A stretch of 64,000 nt of DNA, from NCBI GenBank assembly GCA_965206645.1, contig CBDBKE010000002.1, positions 800,001 through 864,000 on the forward strand. Direction: 5' to 3'. The notes under the pieces were generated by a model. That model was not told the DNA's origin, made no database searches, and worked only from the letters and a program-made list of their open reading frames with translations. The DNA comes from Terriglobia bacterium. Its GTDB lineage: Bacteria > Acidobacteriota > Terriglobia > JAJPHL01 > JAPKYU01. Made by a program: the position numbers and the translations under genes. This document shows, in pieces, positions 20,568 through 32,978 of the stretch (positions within the stretch are counted from its first letter, which is position 1; the number at the start of each line of letters is the position of its first letter).

Positions 20568-21240
20568 GCAAGGACCGGGTGCAGCGGATTTGGCGGCGGG
20601 AAGGGCTGAAAGTGCCGCAAAAACAAAGGCCGCGAGGACGGCTGTGGCTGAACGACGGTTCCTGTGTACGACTGAGGCCGGAGCGACCGAACCACGTGTG
20701 GAGCTACGACTTCATGAGTGCCAGAACGCACGAGGGGAGAACGCTGCGGCTGCTGACCTTGCTGGATGAGTACACGCGGGAATGCCTGGCGATCCGGGTG
20801 GAGCGGAGGATGGGCAGCCAACAAATCATTGAGGCGTTGTCGGACGTGATGTTGTGGCGAGGGATACCGGAACAGATTCGATCCGACAATGGTCTCGAGT
20901 TCATCGCCAAACAACTGCGCCAGTGGTTGGCAAATCTAGGGACCGGGACACTGTACATCGAGCCGGGCAGTCCCTGGGGGAACGGGTACTGCGAGAGTTT
21001 CAATGGGAAGCTGCGGGACGAATGCCTGAATGGAGAGATCTTCTACTCGTTGAAGGAGGCACAGGTGGTGATTGAACAGTGGAGGGTGCAATACAACACG
21101 GTGCGGCCGCACTCGGCGCTCGGCTATAGGCCCCCGGCGCCGGGGGCCTATAGCCCTCCCCTGCCACTGAAACCAGTTTCACAGCCCCAGGCTGCGATGT
21201 AGACTCTCACTACGGTTGGTACAAAAAATCGGTCTGGTCA
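20568..21240 (+). mobile_element. IS3-family element type A, 5'-truncated at the IS21 end
   Basis: Near-identical to 37354-38025; ends GGTCTGGTCA. Confidence 0.9.
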
Positions 21241-21360
21241 TCAAGTGCGCTGTGCTGAACCGGATGGCGGAGCTTGGAATGCCACGATCGGAGCGCGTGT
21301 ACTGAGGCGGATGAGCTTCTCGGCCCGGTTCGCCGCGAGCGCGAATTACGCAACAACGCC
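21241..21360 (+). mobile_element. IS5 3'-end remnant
   Basis: Matches the last 120 nt of the IS5 copies including the right IR. Confidence 0.9.
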
Positions 21361-21428
21361 TTGCTTCGTCTTGCAAGCAGGCTCGGAGTTATACGAAGCC
21401 ACGTCGGTCGGCATCGTGCGTCCCCGCC

Positions 21429-21902
21429 TCAGATGCCTTCTCTAAACTCCACTATTGCGTTGACAAGGTGCTTATCGTGGTCGTAGCTCGATTGCGTGCT
21501 CACGTGCCTGATGGATAGTCCTCGCTCAGCGTACCTCTTCCCGACGAAAGCTAGCCAGGAGTTCATGAGCATTGGCGAATACACGTCTCCAGGCTTCGGT
21601 GCTTCCTTCAGCAACTCGTCCACAGGCAGGCGCTCGATTCCGGTCACAGAGAACGTTTGCACACGGTACAACGGGCCGAACTCGACTTTGAAGAACTTCC
21701 CTGCTTCAGTACTGACCTTCTCCGCTTTGGCACCCAAATAGCCGAACTGACCCAGAGCATCCTGAATGAGGTAGCATTCCTCTTGTTCTCCGATTCGCTG
21801 GAGCAACTCACGCGGCTGGTCAGGAACGGCCCTTGCCGGGAAGAGCAGCAGCGCTAATCCCATCAACATGATTCCTCGCCACGCTAATCGACAGTTGTTC
21901 AT
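21429..21902 (-). CDS. Secreted hypothetical protein, possibly POTRA-like
   Basis: Signal peptide; GGAGG RBS; LGQFGYLGAK..GPLYRV..PGDVYS..YAERG pattern resembles POTRA repeats. Confidence 0.55.
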   Translation of the reverse strand: MNNCRLAWRGIMLMGLALLLFPARAVPDQPRELLQRIGEQEECYLIQDALGQFGYLGAKAEKVSTEAGKFFKVEFGPLYRVQTFSVTGIERLPVDELLKEAPKPGDVYSPMLMNSWLAFVGKRYAERGLSIRHVSTQSSYDHDKHLVNAIVEFREGI

Positions 21903-22252
21903 GCCTCCCTCCTAGCAATAAGTGTGAGTACTGACCGGGAATTAGTGTTTTGGCCCTCCGGCACTCGTGAGTATACAACCATTGGCCTTCAACTGAGCCT
22001 TTCCAGCACAGTTCTTCACTCTGGGGGCTCCGAGCGGTCCTCGCCGGGTCCTGAAAGCCCGTCGTCTCGGCTTCCAGAACCAGTTTTTGCAGACACCTCT
22101 CCATTCCGGAGGGGTATCGGAATGGTTTTCCTGGTTGCCACTGCCTGAGCTATCCCGACGTAAGCGGCGGCACTACCACATAGCAGCGCAATATTCGCTA
22201 ATGGACTATAATTCCTTTCCATTTAGAAAGCGACCGCTGGAATAACCGCCCA

Positions 22253-23930
22253 ATGCCGACACTTGATTGGATAGGAAAGAAGGCAGTCCTAAACCACCAT
22301 CGGCAAGTGCCCTACCACCTGCTGCGCTGCGACGCGAGCCTTTCGGTAGGCGACCCCGACAGCGGAAATCTGCTCGTCCAGGGTGACAATCTGGTGGCGC
22401 TCAAGGCCCTGCTGCCTTACTACGCAGGCAAGGTCAAGTGCATCTACATCGACCCGCCGTACAATACTGGAGATGAGAACTGGGCTTATAACGACGCGGT
22501 GAACAGCCCGGAGATTCAGCGCTGGCTGGGCAGGGTTGTTGGAAAAGAAACCGAAGATCTCTCACGACACGACAAGTGGCTGTGCATGATGTATCCGCGA
22601 CTTTCTTTGCTCAGGCAACTCTTGCGTAGAGACGGGGTCATTTTTGTCAGCATTGATGAGAATGAAGGAGGGCATCTACGTCTCCTTATGGATGAGGTGT
22701 TTGGGCCACGAAACGCGCTCGGGACGCTCGTCTGGAAGCGCCGAAGCTCCTCAGCTATGCGAGGCACACCTCTCTCCATTGATCACGAGTATGTGCTGGT
22801 TTACGGATACGACAGCAATTCCTCTACCCTCTATGGCTTGGCAAAGGGCATTGAGGACTACCCTCATGAGGATAACCGCGGCCGTTATGCTAGCACTGAC
22901 TTAACAGTCGGCATGGGTAAAGGCGCCCGCCCCGGCCAGTTCTATCCGATCACCAATCCTCGGACGGGTAAGATTTATCCGCCGAACCCGGAGAGGGTCT
23001 GGAGATTCTGGCCTGAAACCATGGCCAAGATTATTCAAGCAGAGCTAATCATCTGGCCTGATGAAGTAGGCGGACGTATGGAGCGACCTCGTTTCAAAAC
23101 GTACTTTGATCCCCAGACTTTAAAGCCTAGACCCATCTCGAGTTGGATCGAAGCAGCCAACACGAATGATCACGAGATTGAGGAAGACGAAAGCGAGTAC
23201 TATTCGACCATCCTAACGACTGGCATGACGCAGGAGGGTGGGCGACTATTACATCGGATTGCTAGGCAGCAAAGCGTTCCCTTATCCCAAGCCTTTATCG
23301 CTAGTCCGATCACTGATTAGATCGGCCACACGGGGGAACGATTTAGTGCTCGATTCATTCGCTGGGAGCGGAACTACGGAGCACGCAGTCCTAGATCTCA
23401 ACTCTGAGGATCGTAGCCACCGCCGTTTCATTCTAGTGGAATTGGATGCAGACATTTGCTGTCAAATTACGACCGAGCGTTTGCGACGGGCCATTGAAGG
23501 CTACATTGTTGATGTTCCTAAAAAGGGACGGGCTGAAATTGACGGTCTTGGAGGCGCCTTTCGCTATTGCACCCTTGCCGAACCTCTATTCGATGAGGGC
23601 GGAAACATCGGCGGGAGAGTCAGCTTTCCCGATTTGGCCTCGCACGTTTTCTTCACGGAAACCGGCGCTCCAATTCCAAAGCGGGCTAACGGCAGGAATG
23701 CTTTGCTGGGCGTACATTGCGGCAAGGCCGTCTATCTGCTCTTTAACGGTGTTCTCGGTGACAAGCGTCCCAATGGAGGAAATGTTTTGACCCGCGAAGT
23801 GCTTCGGGCGTTGCCCGCACACGAGGGGCCGAGGGTGATCTACGGAGAAGGTTGTCGGATGGGATCGACACGATTGAAACGTGAAGGAATCGTGTTCAAG
23901 CAGATTCCCTATGGGATCAAGGTGAGCTAG
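22253..23930 (+). pseudogene. mod: Type III R-M methyltransferase, frameshifted near 23255
   Basis: MPTLDWIGK, QGDNL, IYIDPPYNTG in one frame; FPYPKP and VLDSFAGSGTT in the next. Confidence 0.88.
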
Positions 23931-23932
23931 AG

Positions 23933-26587
23933 ATGCTTCAACTCCGACAGTATCAGGAGCGCAGCCTAGACGCCCTGGAGGGATTTTTCAGACTAGCCAC
24001 GCAGCATGGCGCGCAGAAGTCGTTTATTCTGCAAACGGATCGCCCCCATCTTGCGGTGAAGCAACTTCCAGGGCTGCCCTACGTCTGTCTGCGTATTCCA
24101 ACGGGCGGCGGCAAAACACTCATGGCCTGCCACGCGGTGGGAATTGCAGCGAAAACGTTTCTACAAATTGATCGGGCAGTGTGCCTTTGGTTAGTGCCCT
24201 CAAACACGATCCGGGAGCAGACCCTTGCAGCTTTGCGGGACCGGGAACACCCGTACCGGCAAGCGCTCGATTCCCGATTTGCGGGGCAAGTCCAGGCCAT
24301 GGATTTGATGGAAGCCCTTTATGTCCAGCGCAGCACGCTGGAGGGGGAAACCGTCGTCATCGTCTCGACTCTCGCTGCGTTGAGAGTTGAGGATACGGAC
24401 GGACGCAAGGTGTATGAATCATGCGGGGCGCTGAACCATCATTTTCTCGGCCTCGACGCCAGCCTGGAAGCCATGCTGGAGCGGCGGGAGGATGGAATAA
24501 TTCCACACTCCCTCGCAAATGTTCTGCGGCTCTGGCGGCCCCTGGTCATCATGGACGAAGCACACAACGCTCGCACGCCCCTGTCGTTCGATACCCTGGC
24601 ACGCTTCAGGCCGTCGTGCATTATTGAATTCACGGCAACCCCGGAAACCATCCACAATCCCGACCGGGAATCATTTGCCAGCAACGTTTTGCATCACGTC
24701 TCTGCGGCAGAGCTCAAAGCCGAGGATATGGTGAAACTTCCCATCAAGCTGCGAACCTGTGGTGACTGGAAAGAGGTGGTGGCCGAGGCAGTGGAAATGC
24801 AGCGCGCGCTGGAGCGCTGTGCCAATGAGGAAGAAAAGCAGACCGGAGAATATCTCCGCCCGATCGTGCTTCTGCAAGCACAGCCCAAGAGTCAAGAGCG
24901 ACTGACCCTTAACGTGGAAGTGGTCAAAAAAACGCTGATCGAAGATTTCAAGATACCGGAAGAGCAAGTTGCAGTGGCTACTGGTCAGACCCGGGGGATT
25001 GCCGACGTGAATCTGTTGCAGCGATCCTGCCCCTTGCGCTTCATCATCACCGTGCAGGCTCTCAAGGAAGGGTGGGATTGCCCGTTTGCTTACGTTCTGT
25101 GTTCGGTAGCTGAGATCAGCTCCTCGCGGGCTGTCGAGCAGATTCTGGGACGGGTGTTGCGCCTTCCCCAGGCCCGGCGAAAACAGAAGTCCGAGTTGAA
25201 TTGTGCTTACGCCTTTGCAGCGTCGCCAAGATTCTTTGACGCTGCTACCGCTCTCAAGGATGCGCTTGTCGGAAACGGCTTCCAACGGCTTGAAGCCAAT
25301 CAGTTGATCACCGCGCAGGAACAGGCCCATTTGTTCGACGAATCGGCGCTCTTTGCCCATGCTTCGGAACCCGTTTCGCAGAGACCAGACCTGACTACCT
25401 TAGACGAAGCAATCCGGCAGCGGGTCACTTATGAAGACGGCACCCGTGAATTGACAGTCACAGGAGTGTTGTCTCACGGGGGAATGGAAACCCTCAAAGA
25501 GTGTTTCATCGCTCCAGAAGACAGAGCAGCGGTTGAGAGAATTTATCACGTGCTTCAGGGACACGCTGTTGGCTCAGCGCCTTCAGGGGAAAAGCGGCCG
25601 CCTTTTCGAGTGCCGCAGCTGGGCATCCGTGTCGATGGCCACCTCGAACTCTTTGAGGAGAGTTGCTTCAAAGACATCGAGTGGCGACTGGCAGATTGCG
25701 ACGCTGCGTTACCTGATGTCGAGTTTCCCACCCAAGAGGCTGCCGGCGAGGCTGGCGAGGTTGATGTGAGCGAAGCCGGACGGGTAGAGATTCGCTTCAT
25801 CGATCAGTTGCACGAGCAATTGACCCTACTGAATGCCGAGCCGGGTTGGGACGTCGCCTCCCTGGTGAACTGGCGCGATCGCGCGATTCCGCATCCGGAT
25901 ATCACGCAGGCGCAGGCGGCGGTGTTTATCCATAACTTGGTGATGGGCTTGATGGTGGGCCGTGGATTGACCGTTGAGCAGCTTGCCCGGCAGAAATTTC
26001 GGCTCCGCGATGCTATTGAGGCGACAATCGCCAAGCACCGGGACGTACAGGCGAAGAGCGTTTACAACGGTTTCCTGTTTGGGGCTGGCAAAGACAGCAT
26101 CGAGGTGACACCCGATCTGTGTTTCGAGTTCGAGGAGGGCCGGTATTCACCGAACTGGTATTACTAGGGTAATTTTAACTTCCGCCGCCATTACTTTCGC
26201 AACATTGGCGAGTTGAAGGCTGAAGGCGAGGAGTTCGAGTGCGCGGTGTTCATCGACCAATTGCCGCAGATTGCATACTGGATACGCAATTTAGATCGGC
26301 GGCACGAATCTTCGTTCTGGCTACAGACATCGACCGACCGATTTTATCCCGACTTTGTAGCGTTGCTGAATGATGGGAGAATCCTGGTTGTGGAGTATAA
26401 AGGCGCCGACCGCTGGAGCAATGATGATTCCAAGGAAAAGCGGGCGCTCGGCGAATTGTGGATGTCGCGCAGTGAAGATCGCTGTGTATTCGTGATGCCA
26501 AAAGGACCGACCTGGGAAGATATCAGAGCAGCGATTGAACGTCCATCGAATTGGGCGCTGGCGGCTGACGACAGCTTGTTTCACTAA
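23933..26587 (+). pseudogene. res: Type III R-M restriction helicase/endonuclease with in-frame TAG at 26165-26167
   Basis: PTGGGKT, DEAH, EGWDCP, QILGRVLR; after the stop the frame continues to FYPDF...VEYKG nuclease motifs. Confidence 0.88.
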
Positions 26588-26627
26588 GACAGCCGTAAGG
26601 TGTTACTCGCTCTGATCCCCGTAGGGC

Positions 26628-27044
26628 CGCCTGGAAGACGGCTCGAAGGGTGGTGGCGAAAGTAGAGCATCATTCCGGGGAGTTGTTCCCGCGAGTGGGG
26701 TTCATTGTAACGAATCTGACGCTGCCGAATCGGGCGGTGGTGCGGTTCTATAACAAGCGCGGCACCGCAGAACAGTGGATCAAGGAAGGCAAGCAGGCGG
26801 TGAAGATGACGCGGCTCAGTTGCCACAAGTTCCGATCTAACGAGGTACGGCTTTGGCTGACGATCATCGCCTACAACCTGGGCAACCTATGGCGACGGCT
26901 AGTGCTGCCACAGAGAATCGAGAAGTGGTCCTTGACGAGCCTCCAGCAGCGGCTGGTGAAAACCGGAGGACGGCTCATAAAACACGCACGGTACTACTGG
27001 CTCCTGCTGGCCGAGGGCCATTTGACCCGACGGCTGTTTGCCAG
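26628..27044 (+). mobile_element. IS1380 transposase C-terminal fragment
   Basis: VVAKVEHH.GELFPRVGFIVTN, FYNKRGTAEQWIKEGK; diverged relative of 29741-31069. Confidence 0.85.
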
Positions 27045-28306
27045 TGACCTGCCCCCGGTTATTGGTCCACCTTCCATGGTAGTCCATACGCCGTTGCAGC
27101 CGGGTGGAGCGGAGCGGAACCCGGCGGTAACGGCAGGATCACTTCCGGGGCTGGCGGCCGGTAGCCCAACGCGCTGTGCGGGCGAACTCTGTTATACTCC
27201 CGCCGCCATCCCTCAATCAACACCTTCGCTTCCCGCAAGGTGTAAAAGATCTCTCCATTCAGAAGCTCGTCTCGAAACTTCCCGTTAAACGATTCCACAT
27301 ACCCGTTTTCCCAGGGGCTCGCAGGCTCGATGAACAGGGTTTTCACCCCGACCCGTTCCAGCCAGTCCCGTACCAACCGAGCGGTGAACTCGGACCCATT
27401 ATCCGAGCGAAGGTAATCGGGAACTCCCCGCTCCACAAACAAGGCTGCTAGCCGTTCCAAAACACTCATCGAATCGGCTCGCCGTTCTACGTCGATCGCC
27501 AAACACTCTCGCGTGTATTCATCCACCACCGTCAAGATCTTCAGTGGACGACCATCGTGGGTTCGATCTGCCACAAAATCGTACGCCCAGACATGATCCT
27601 GCCAGCACGGTCTTAACCGAAGGCACGACCCATCGTTCAACCACAGCCGGCCTCTGCGGGGCTGTTTCTTCGGCACTTTCAGTCCCTCCTGCCGCCAGAT
27701 TCTCTCTACCCGCTTGTGGTTCACCCGCCACCCCTCCCGGCGCAACAGCGCCGTGATCCGCCGATAGCCATAACGGCCGTACTCGCCGGCTAACTGCAGC
27801 GTCCGAGTTGCCAGGCTCGGTTCATCCTGTGGCGCCAAGGTTCGATGCCGTTGCGTGGATCGATTCTGTCCTACCACCCGACACGCCCGCCGCTCCGACA
27901 CCCCCATGGCTTGGCAGACATGCTTCACTGCCTGCCGCCGTCGGGGCGGGCTCAGAAGTTTCCCGAGGATGTCTCCTTCAGAATCGCAAGGTCCAACGCC
28001 TGATCTGCTACCAACTTCTTCAGTCGGCCATTCTCCCCTTCCAGTTCCTTCAGACGCCTCACCTGATCCACTCGTAAGCTCCCGTACTCCTTCCGCCATC
28101 GGTAATAGGTCTGCTCCGTAATTCCCAACTTCCGACAGACCCCTCCCGTTGTCTGGCCCTTGGCCAGCTCCACTTCCGCCTCTCGTAGATGTCGGATGAT
28201 CTGTTCGGCTGGATATCGCTTCTTCGGCATTCCTTCCCCCTTCCATGTCCAGTCCGTACCCTAACCTCTAACTTATCAACTGGACCGATTGAAGGGGGGC
28301 AGGTCA
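27045..28306 (-). mobile_element. IS3-family element type B, complete (orfA 28230-27952, orfB ending about 27059)
   Basis: TGACCTGCCCCC IRs at both ends; GGGAAAC -1 frameshift site; WAYDF, RSDNG, ESFNG; flanks CCAG/ACGG differ. Confidence 0.92.
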
Positions 28307-28585
28307 ACGGTGATTGCTCCTTTGTCTGGGCCGCCGACAAACCGGAAACCATCGGGGCCCTGGGGGGAATTGCCACGCCGAGGGCTTCCCCATCATTGCT
28401 CTTCGTGACTTCGTGGCCCACTTCCGCCTCACAGATACGGGCGAACCTGAGTTTGAAGGTTTTGGAGAGAAAACGGGCAGTGCAAGAACAAGGCGGTATC
28501 TCGGCGACAGCCAAGGAGCGGAGAACGGCGCGGGCCCCCTTGACTCGTGAAGTGGGCAGGAGGATGAAAATCGGCGCCCTGGCCA

Positions 28586-28690
28586 GTGCACGAGCTGGTG
28601 AGGCACAAGGACGTTGAGACCACGAGGGACTACACGCATGTGTTGAACCGTGGCAGGCGAGGGCTTCACAGCCCTCTGGACCAAATCGGG
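28586..28690 (+). pseudogene. intI: Integron-integrase-like tyrosine recombinase C-terminal remnant
   Basis: [32 protein letters not shown] matches the IntI tail ([26 protein letters not shown]). Confidence 0.7.
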
Positions 28691-28842
28691 CAGGCTCCTT
28701 CAATGGAGAGCCAGGGGAGAGCCGGTGAATTATGCGGACCAGCCGGTCCGCACAAGATTCCGGACGCATGTCGCCGAATGGAACTGAAGTCTCTGAATTT
28801 TGTAGGCAGTTGCAGCCGTATGCACGGAAGGAACCGAACAAC

Positions 28843-29561
28843 ATGAATCAGCACAAGAGCATCGCCCGATACTACGATCTGTTGATGGATGCCGGCTACT
28901 ACGATCACGAATCGTTGGCCAGAGTCGTTCAAGCCACGATCGGCGAACGTAGAAGGGTGCTTGAACTTGGCGTGGGGACGGGGCTGTTGGCACGAGAGCT
29001 ACTTCAACTCGATTCGTCCTACTATTTTACCGGCGTAGATTTCAGCCCCTCGATGCTGGAGATTGCTAAGGAGCGTCTACCGAGTGAGTTTCGCTCATAG
29101 AATGCGATGTTGCCGAAATGACCCTTGACCGCACATTTGATGTTGCCTTATCGAGCGGCAGTACGTGGGTCATAATCCGGTCGGACAAAGAGTTGCTGCT
29201 GGGAACACATCTGCTCAACCGCGAAAAGGACTTCAAAGGATTGCGAAACGTCGCTGACCATCTTGATGCCGGTGGGCTCTTGTTGTTAAGCGTCCAGAAG
29301 CCCCATGAAGACCGTGACATCGACTTGGTCGATGGGATTGTCTATTCCCAAAAAGTTGAGGGTCGCAACGGCACCTCCGACCACTATTTCATCGAGAAGG
29401 ACTATTCCTTCAAGAGGAACGGGAAACTCCTTGCAGAAGACAAGTTGACCTTGGGATTCTACAAACACACAGTGTTTCCGGAAATGCTTGCTAATGCTGG
29501 TTTCTCACCTTTGAGAATGACTGATACCGAAAAGTTCTTCGTGTGGCAAAAGGTGAAGTAG
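28843..29561 (+). pseudogene. Class I SAM-dependent methyltransferase, frameshift near 29090; cassette-like
   Basis: VLELGVGTG, GVDFSPSML, then shifted LIECDVAEMTLDRTFD..HLDAGGLLL; lower GC. Confidence 0.8.
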
Positions 29562-29568
29562 CCCCAGT

Positions 29569-29600
29569 GCATAACAAGGCGATGCGCCTCTACACCGGCG
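29569..29600 (+). other. Possible left half of an attC site
   Basis: GCATAAC-AAGGCGATGC 7 nt after the stop codon resembles the attC R''/L'' start; no matching right half before IS1380. Confidence 0.4.
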
Positions 29601-29740
29601 CTGATCATCGAAGGTCCTAATGAGATCATGTTAACCCGGATTTCCTTTATGAACTATCGGCGGCAACCTTCTGAATGACTCCAACGTCAGTATTGATGCG
29701 GGTTCCAGCATCAACATTGCCTTCCGGAGGTGTACACCGA

Positions 29741-31069
29741 ATGGGTGAGAGCCAAAAACAGGCGTTTCAACTGTCATTCAACCGGTTTCTGCGGGTCACA
29801 TTTCAGGGATCGCGAATCACTTCCGACGGCGGTCTGATTGTGGTGCGCGAGTTGGACGAACGTTTGGGGTTCGGCGAACTTATCGAACAGCACTTGATCG
29901 ACTCTCGGGGGAAGAACACCCGGTTGCCCCTCGCTGACTTGCTGCGGCAGTCCATCTACAGCCGCTTGGCAGGATACGAAGACGTCAACGACGCCGAGCG
30001 GCTTTCCCAAGATCCGACGTTCCGGCTGATCGGTTCGGAGAAGATCTGGGAACGTGGCGCAGCCCTGACTTCCCGGTTACAGTCGTTCGAGACAGAACTG
30101 CTGACGCAAGACGAGAACCTTGCTGGTTTGGCAGCGATCAACCGGGATTTGATCGCCAGGGCGGAAGCTATGGATGCGCCGCGCCGGGTGGTGCTGGACA
30201 TGGACAGCACCGAGATCCCGGTCTACGGCGAACAGGAGCAGAGCGCCTACAACGGGCATTTCGAGTCGAGTTGCTATCACCCGTTGTTGCTGTTCAGTCG
30301 CGAGGGTGACTGTCTGGCGGCCAAGCTGCGACCCGGCAACGTGCACAGCGCCGAGGATTGGGAAGAACTTCTCCTGCCAGAGATCGAACGGCAGCAGAAG
30401 CTGGGCAAGGAAGTGGTGTTTCGCGCCGACGCCGCCTTCGCCAAGCCGGAGATCTACGACGCACTGGAGGAGCGGGACGTGAAGTATGCGATTCGCATCC
30501 CGGCCAACGACAGTCTGGAGAGGGACATCGCGGAGTTGTTGACGCGGTCAGTGGGGCGACCGAGCCACAAGCCGGTGGTCTGGTACAAGAGCTTTCTCTA
30601 CCAGGCAGCCAGTTGGAAAAAGGCGCGGCGGGTGGTGGCGAAGGTGGAGTTCCACTTTGGCGAACTGTTCCCTCGCGTGGAGTTCATCGTCACCAATCTG
30701 GAGACCGACAGCCGGGCGGTGGTCCGGTTCTACAACAAGCGGGGCACCGCAGAGCAATGGATCAAGGAAGGCAAGCAGGCGGTAAAGATGACCCGGCTGA
30801 GTTGCCATCGGTTTCGGTCGAACGAGGTGCGCCTATGGCTGAGCCTGATCGCCTACAACTTGGGAAACCTGTGGCGGCGGCTGGTGCTACCGAAGAGGAT
30901 CAACAACTGGTCGCTGACGAGTTTGCAGCAGCGGCTGGTGAAAACGGGAGGACGGCTGGTGAAACATGCGCGATATTACTGGCTTTTGCTGGCCGAAGGG
31001 CACTTGAGCCGGAGGCTGTTCAGCAGCATGCTGCGAACGATCTCGGCACTGCCGCTGCCAGACGGCTAG
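29741..31069 (+). CDS. IS1380 DDE transposase
   Basis: TSDGGL, LDMDST, RADAAF, YNKRGTAEQWIKEGK. Confidence 0.93.
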   Translation: MGESQKQAFQLSFNRFLRVTFQGSRITSDGGLIVVRELDERLGFGELIEQHLIDSRGKNTRLPLADLLRQSIYSRLAGYEDVNDAERLSQDPTFRLIGSEKIWERGAALTSRLQSFETELLTQDENLAGLAAINRDLIARAEAMDAPRRVVLDMDSTEIPVYGEQEQSAYNGHFESSCYHPLLLFSREGDCLAAKLRPGNVHSAEDWEELLLPEIERQQKLGKEVVFRADAAFAKPEIYDALEERDVKYAIRIPANDSLERDIAELLTRSVGRPSHKPVVWYKSFLYQAASWKKARRVVAKVEFHFGELFPRVEFIVTNLETDSRAVVRFYNKRGTAEQWIKEGKQAVKMTRLSCHRFRSNEVRLWLSLIAYNLGNLWRRLVLPKRINNWSLTSLQQRLVKTGGRLVKHARYYWLLLAEGHLSRRLFSSMLRTISALPLPDG

Positions 31070-31228
31070 CGACCCAGGAGAGAGGGTAATTTTAGGTGCT
31101 CAGAAGTGGTCGGGCCGGACAAGTGTCAGCGGCGAGGCAGGCTGGGCAGGCGAAACCCGCACAGCGACTCCGAAGAACAGCCAAAATGTGCCGCACTACC
31201 ACCTCAAAGAGGCCCGGGCGATTTGCGA

Positions 31229-31257
31229 TTGACACGACAGGGTAAGAGGCATAGGTT
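31229..31257 (+). promoter_or_regulatory. Outward-facing promoter inside the IS1380 right end
   Basis: TTGACA-17 nt-TAGGTT. Confidence 0.5.
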
Positions 31258-31978
31258 TTCGGGTGAAGGGGAAGCTCAAAATGGAAATTCCGGCTCATTC
31301 ATCGTAGCGGGAATCGCCGCCACCCCAGGCTGAGAAGTACGGGCCATGTCCCACGTGCTGGGGCAAGTACAAGGGCACGAAGTTGCGGAGCATGGTTGAG
31401 GAGGCGGCCTGACCCGCCTGGATAGGTGGGAAACTACCCGGAAGAGGGGATAAGGGGACTCTTACCGTGCATCGGACGCGTTGCAGAGAACCAAGATGGA
31501 GAGAACCATGATGAACAAAGCCCGAAACATGCGCCCTCCCACATGATCACCTGGGGCCGCACGATTATCGGCAGTCACGAAAAGCTGCAGGTGGCGTTCG
31601 AGAACCTGTTGGCAGCGGAAGCCAAGTGACGGCCGAGAAATGCTGACGGGCCTTAAGCACGCCTCGTGCAAGGCCTGGCCCAGAATCGGGATGTTAAACT
31701 CTCCACTTGTCCCGCTAGAGGGGCCGGTAATGCAAGTCTCTGAAAGAGCATGAGTTGCACCGGACTCGGCAGAACTGTCTCTCCCGCAGAGCTTTCAGTC
31801 CAAGCCGAGCAGGTATTTCTATCTTGCTGCTGGTAGAGTTTTCTCGTGGAAGTGCCAGATGATGAGAATGAAGATTCCCATTTGACCTGACCGGCCCTTT
31901 TTGTAGTTAAAGGTGGGTTGACCCTTCCCGCGTCACGGCTGCGTTTGTTAGAGGACTGAATCATAACGAGAGACCAAA

Positions 31979-32875
31979 ATGAAACTCCGCATAGGGAACG
32001 CTCCATGCTCCTGGGGTGTGGAATTCGCTGACGATCCGCGCAATCCGCCGTGGAAGCTGGTGCTCGATGAAACCCTGAAGGCGGGCTACGAAGGTATTGA
32101 ACTGGGGCCGATCGGCTTCATGCCCGAGGATCCTGCGCAGTTGGGTGATGCGTTGAAATCGCGCGGGTTGACGCTGATAGGTGGCGTCGTGTTCCGGCCG
32201 TTTCACGATCCTGCGGCATGGGACCAAGTGCAGAATGCTGTGCGCCGCACCTGCAAATCGCTCGCCGCTAATGAAGCACCACGGGTGGTGCTGATCGATT
32301 CGATTGCGGCCGAGCGCGCACCGACCGCAGGGCGGCCCGCTGAAGCGAGGCGCCTGAAGGGCGCAGAGCTGAGTTCTTTCCAAGACCGTCTGCGCAGCGC
32401 CGCCAAGATCGGCGCGGAAGAATTCGGCTTAACCGTTTCGCTACACGCCCACGCCGCCGGGTTTGTCGAATTCGCGGACGAGTTGGAGCGGATGCTCGAT
32501 GCGATCGACGCTTCGCTCTTGAAAATCTGTCTCGACACCGGCCACTGTATTTACGCCGGATTTGATCCGATCGCATTCTACACACGCTACAGCGCGCGTG
32601 TTGAATATCTGCATTTCAAGGACATCGACCCCGCGGTTCGGGCGCATGTCGTGGCCAACCAGATCGGCTTTTATGACGCCTGCGGTCAGGGCCTGTTCTG
32701 CATACTGGGCAAGGGCGAGGTTGATTTCACAGCGTTCAAGGCCGCGCTGATCCAAGCCGGCTTCTCAGGCTGGGGCACGGTCGAGCAGGATTGCGATCCG
32801 GCAGGAGCCACGCTTCCGAGCGACGACGCTCGTGTCAATCTCGAGCATTTGCGATCCGTTGGACTCGCCAGTTGA
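31979..32875 (+). CDS. IolE-like sugar-phosphate isomerase/inosose dehydratase (TIM barrel)
   Basis: NAPCSWGV, GYEGIELGP, LDTGH, HFKD, VEQD. Confidence 0.8.
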   Translation: MKLRIGNAPCSWGVEFADDPRNPPWKLVLDETLKAGYEGIELGPIGFMPEDPAQLGDALKSRGLTLIGGVVFRPFHDPAAWDQVQNAVRRTCKSLAANEAPRVVLIDSIAAERAPTAGRPAEARRLKGAELSSFQDRLRSAAKIGAEEFGLTVSLHAHAAGFVEFADELERMLDAIDASLLKICLDTGHCIYAGFDPIAFYTRYSARVEYLHFKDIDPAVRAHVVANQIGFYDACGQGLFCILGKGEVDFTAFKAALIQAGFSGWGTVEQDCDPAGATLPSDDARVNLEHLRSVGLAS

Positions 32876-32978
32876 GGGCTTTTCGATGAAACGTTTAAAC
32901 CGGGTAGCGCGGCAAGTCGGAAGACTATTGGGCGCGGCCCGGGCCTGGGTCGATAGCTCAGAAGCGTTTAGGCCAGAC

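Larger units (their letters stand above)
29635..31293 (+). mobile_element. IS1380-family element, complete
   Basis: IRs CCCGGATTTCCTTTATG / CAAAATGGAAATTCCGG. Confidence 0.88.

Noticed and set aside
23230-23280. Phase-variable mod gene (phasevarion)
   Set aside because: No simple-sequence repeat at the frameshift
19202-26167. Amber readthrough or recoding (in-frame TAG in istA and res)
   Set aside because: TAG ends ordinary genes in this window (for example 310, 10135, 31069), no pyl genes are visible, and single substitutions explain both
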